This document shows positions 33,437 to 36,212 of a stretch of 36,212 nucleotides of DNA, piece after piece. The notes under the pieces are model-generated. The model made no database searches. It was not told the origin of the DNA and saw only the letters and a list, made by a program, of their open reading frames with translations. Each line of letters starts with the position of its first letter. Position 1 is the first letter of the stretch. Origin of the DNA: Octopus sinensis (lineage: Eukaryota); assembly GCF_006345805.1 (NCBI RefSeq), contig NW_021826221.1, positions 1-36,212 on the forward strand, read 5' to 3'. Both the position numbers and the translations under genes were made by a program.

Positions 33437-33644
33437 CACTAGAGGCTCACTTACTGACTTTAAACTGGTTGCATTTACACTATACCTGCATGTACACATG
33501 TATTAACAAATCCTAGTGACCCCATATGGCTTCTGCTTGTCTTTGGATATTACAGTTCAATACATTATAATTATATTAACTATAAGCTCACAAACATTAA
33601 TAATTCTAATTGCAGCACTTTCATAAAAATAATAATTTCTTATG

Positions 33645-33835
33645 AAGGCAAAAGATCAGAAATTTGCAGGAAGAGAACAGTTGATTATATCAACTGCAGT
33701 ACTTGAATAATACTTTATTTTTATCGACTCTGCAAGGATAGAAAGCAAAGTTTATCTCAGTGAGATGTGAATTTAGAATGTAAAAAGATGTATCAAATAA
33801 TGCAAAGCATTTTGTGCAATATTCCTCTGATTCTG
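33645..33835 (-). mobile_element. Decayed SINE-like repeat; possible related fragment at about 760-878 (+)
   Basis: Reverse complement has TTCTAAATTCAC..ACTTTGCTTTCTATCCTT..GTCGATAAAAATAAAGTA, loosely matching TTCTGAGTTCAAAC..TCTTTCATCCTTTT at about 822-866. Confidence 0.4.
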
Positions 33836-34530
33836 CTTAATAATTTATTTGCCTGTTGTCAACTTCTTTTAATTAGTTTTTGCTAGTTGGCTGTCTCTTT
33901 TCTGAAGTTTCAATACTCTTCAGTGATCTCCATTATCCAGTTTATTTCTACAATTTACTTCATATTTTACAATAGAAATAGATTTCAAATGATTAAAATA
34001 TATTTTCTGCTGACCTCATTTAGTAACCTTTACTTAACTATATGGTCTTCTGGCAGAAGAAACAATTGGGAAATTTTCCAATGTTATTATTTTAAATTGC
34101 TTGACCAGCAGCTTATCTTCTTTGTAAAACTAAATGCTTTTGAAATAATTTGTTGTTCAAATATCTTTTGTTGACTGTGTTTTGCTGAGGATATCCAATA
34201 AGATTGAAGCACGTTTGGTGTTGTCATCAAAGCTACCAAAAATCAGACTTATTCCTTATCCCTGCATATTGCCATCTAATATTTGGTCAATTGAAATTAT
34301 GGGAGTTCTCCTTGCTCCTCTTATGAGTAGTTTCTATTGTCAACAGGGAATTTTCTTCTCATTGTGGTTATAAATTCAAATTATTAATAGTTATTTTTGG
34401 TTCCACAACTTAAGTATGACAACCTGCTCTTAACACTATGTTTGCAATGCAGAAGGCACTCTAGGGAAATTTTCCAGCGTCAGGTTTGATTCTTTTATGC
34501 AGGTCGTGGTGGTGGTGGTGGTGCTGCTAG

Positions 34531-34728
<198 letters not shown>

Positions 34729-35188
34729 TAAGTCCATCTGGTTTTGTATTTGTGTCAATCCTCATAATGTATATTATAGAATTGGGGTCTGTAGACAACT
34801 GAGTCGTTACCAATCAAGGAAAAGGTTGATAATTCTTATCTTGCCACTGCATCATTAGATGTCTTTGACTAAGTCACTTAACATCCACTGGCTTAGTTCA
34901 GTTAGCTGCAAGTAGGTGCTACAGAGCAGATTGAATTTTAGGCAGGCATAAACAGTGGAAGCTATGTGAAACTGACTGGTGTTTTATGCTGTTCATGAAA
35001 CTACTTTACTGAATCCTGCTTCTTATAAAAAGAAGATATCATGAGATGGAATGACTCATAGGTGTAAGCAGCTGCGAGTCATTCTATTTTTGTTAAGGTG
35101 TAAAAATATGTAAAAATACTGTTTTCTTAGTTGATAATGCTGTGTTTGAATTCTGTGAGCTTGAGCACATGAGTGATGCAATAGGAGA

Positions 35189-35990
35189 ACATTACCCAAA
35201 AGTAAGCAGAAATGTTCTCTATGGGACAAGCCCATTGTAGTTCAGGCTCCCACCACCAGAATCCACTTGATGCAACCCTCAGACATCACTATGCTGACTG
35301 CAGTCATTGAGTGTAGTCCTAATGCCACGTGGTGCATCTGCTTTGCAGTGCTTCTTCCCTGTTCATTGAGTTTTGTGATGGTTGAAACAAAGGAACAGCA
35401 TACTTCCATGAAATTCTGTTTCCTGCTGGAGAAATCAGCAGCCAAAACAATTGTCATGCTTCTATCAGCTTACAAGGACACAGCCATGAGCAAAACACAA
35501 GTTTATGGGTGGTTTTCATGCTTTAGGAATGGTCACTTGTTCAGGGCATCTATCAACGTCCTGAACGAATGTTAACAACATGAAAACTAGTGAACTGATC
35601 TTAGAGGATCATTGCCAACCAATTGACATATTTGTTCACATTGGTTACTGCCAATGAATTTTGAGCGAGGAATTGCAAATGAAAAGAGTTGCATAAAAAG
35701 TTGTGCCGCGTTTGCTCACAGAAGATCAAAAGCAGTCACAACTGAATGCATGTTGTGAACTGAAAGAATAGACCTTTTTCTGAAGGTCATCAAAAGTGAT
35801 AAAAGCTGGTGAAGAAAAAACAATTGAGGTGTTAAAAGGCATCATTTTGCAAGAGTTTCAACACTGCTTTGGTCAGTGGAAAACTAATTTGGGCTGATGC
35901 TTTGCTTCAAATGGAAAATACTTTGAAGGCAATGAAAGTGTAAACATGTAAAATAATATTGCAAAATTCTGGTTTCTTTTGGGTACCCCC

Positions 35991-35991
<1 letters not shown>
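35189..35991 (+). mobile_element. mariner relic with the catalytic core deleted; right end abuts a (TA)n run
   Basis: MVETKEQHTSMKFCFLLEKSAAKTIVML..AYKDTAMSKTQVYGWF..FRNG; VVPRLLTEDQK; TIR remnants TACCCAAAAG.AA.CAGAA at both ends; (TA)n at 35992-36039. Confidence 0.8.
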
Positions 35992-36042
<51 letters not shown>

Positions 36043-36212
36043 GTTGTAATCATCTCCAGCTTGTACTTGAGCATTGGGTTTGTCATTTTCCATCCAGTCT
36101 CCTCGGCTGATATGTTTGAGCCAGAAGTGACTTTGGAGTCCAAGTCGGTGAAAGAGTCATGAGCAGAACTCACACAGGATGGTCGGTGCAGGTTGAGGAT
36201 GATGAAGACGCT

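Overview
Eukaryotic (animal) genomic DNA, not prokaryotic. The repeat landscape (long TA/CA/CAT microsatellites, tRNA-head SINEs, RTE tails ending in (GAT)n, many mariners) suggests an octopus/coleoid cephalopod genome; this is inference, not a database result. The only host gene is three internal coding exons (173-341, 23206-23469, 34608-34727; + strand) of a PRKX/Pka-C3-type cAMP-dependent protein kinase catalytic subunit, separated by introns of 22.9 kb and 11.1 kb. The introns are filled with transposable-element remains: tRNA-derived SINEs, an internally deleted piggyBac, at least seven 5'-truncated copies of an RTE LINE (the longest keeps a PHD finger inserted inside the RT domain and a 3' UTR of tandem hairpin units), a CR1/L2-group LINE relic, an internally deleted Ty3/Gypsy provirus with both LTRs, Helitron-like elements, nested TTAA MITEs, a hAT MITE and six mariner elements. 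One mariner is a single base short of an intact transposase ORF. The most unusual structures are several fold-back/inverted duplications, above all a 95-bp-arm palindrome inserted with a 12-bp target-site duplication, and a degenerate TGAACWAAGCAATAAAA array leading up to the catalytic-loop exon. Nearly all ORFs in the supplied track are microsatellite artefacts or decayed TE frames.
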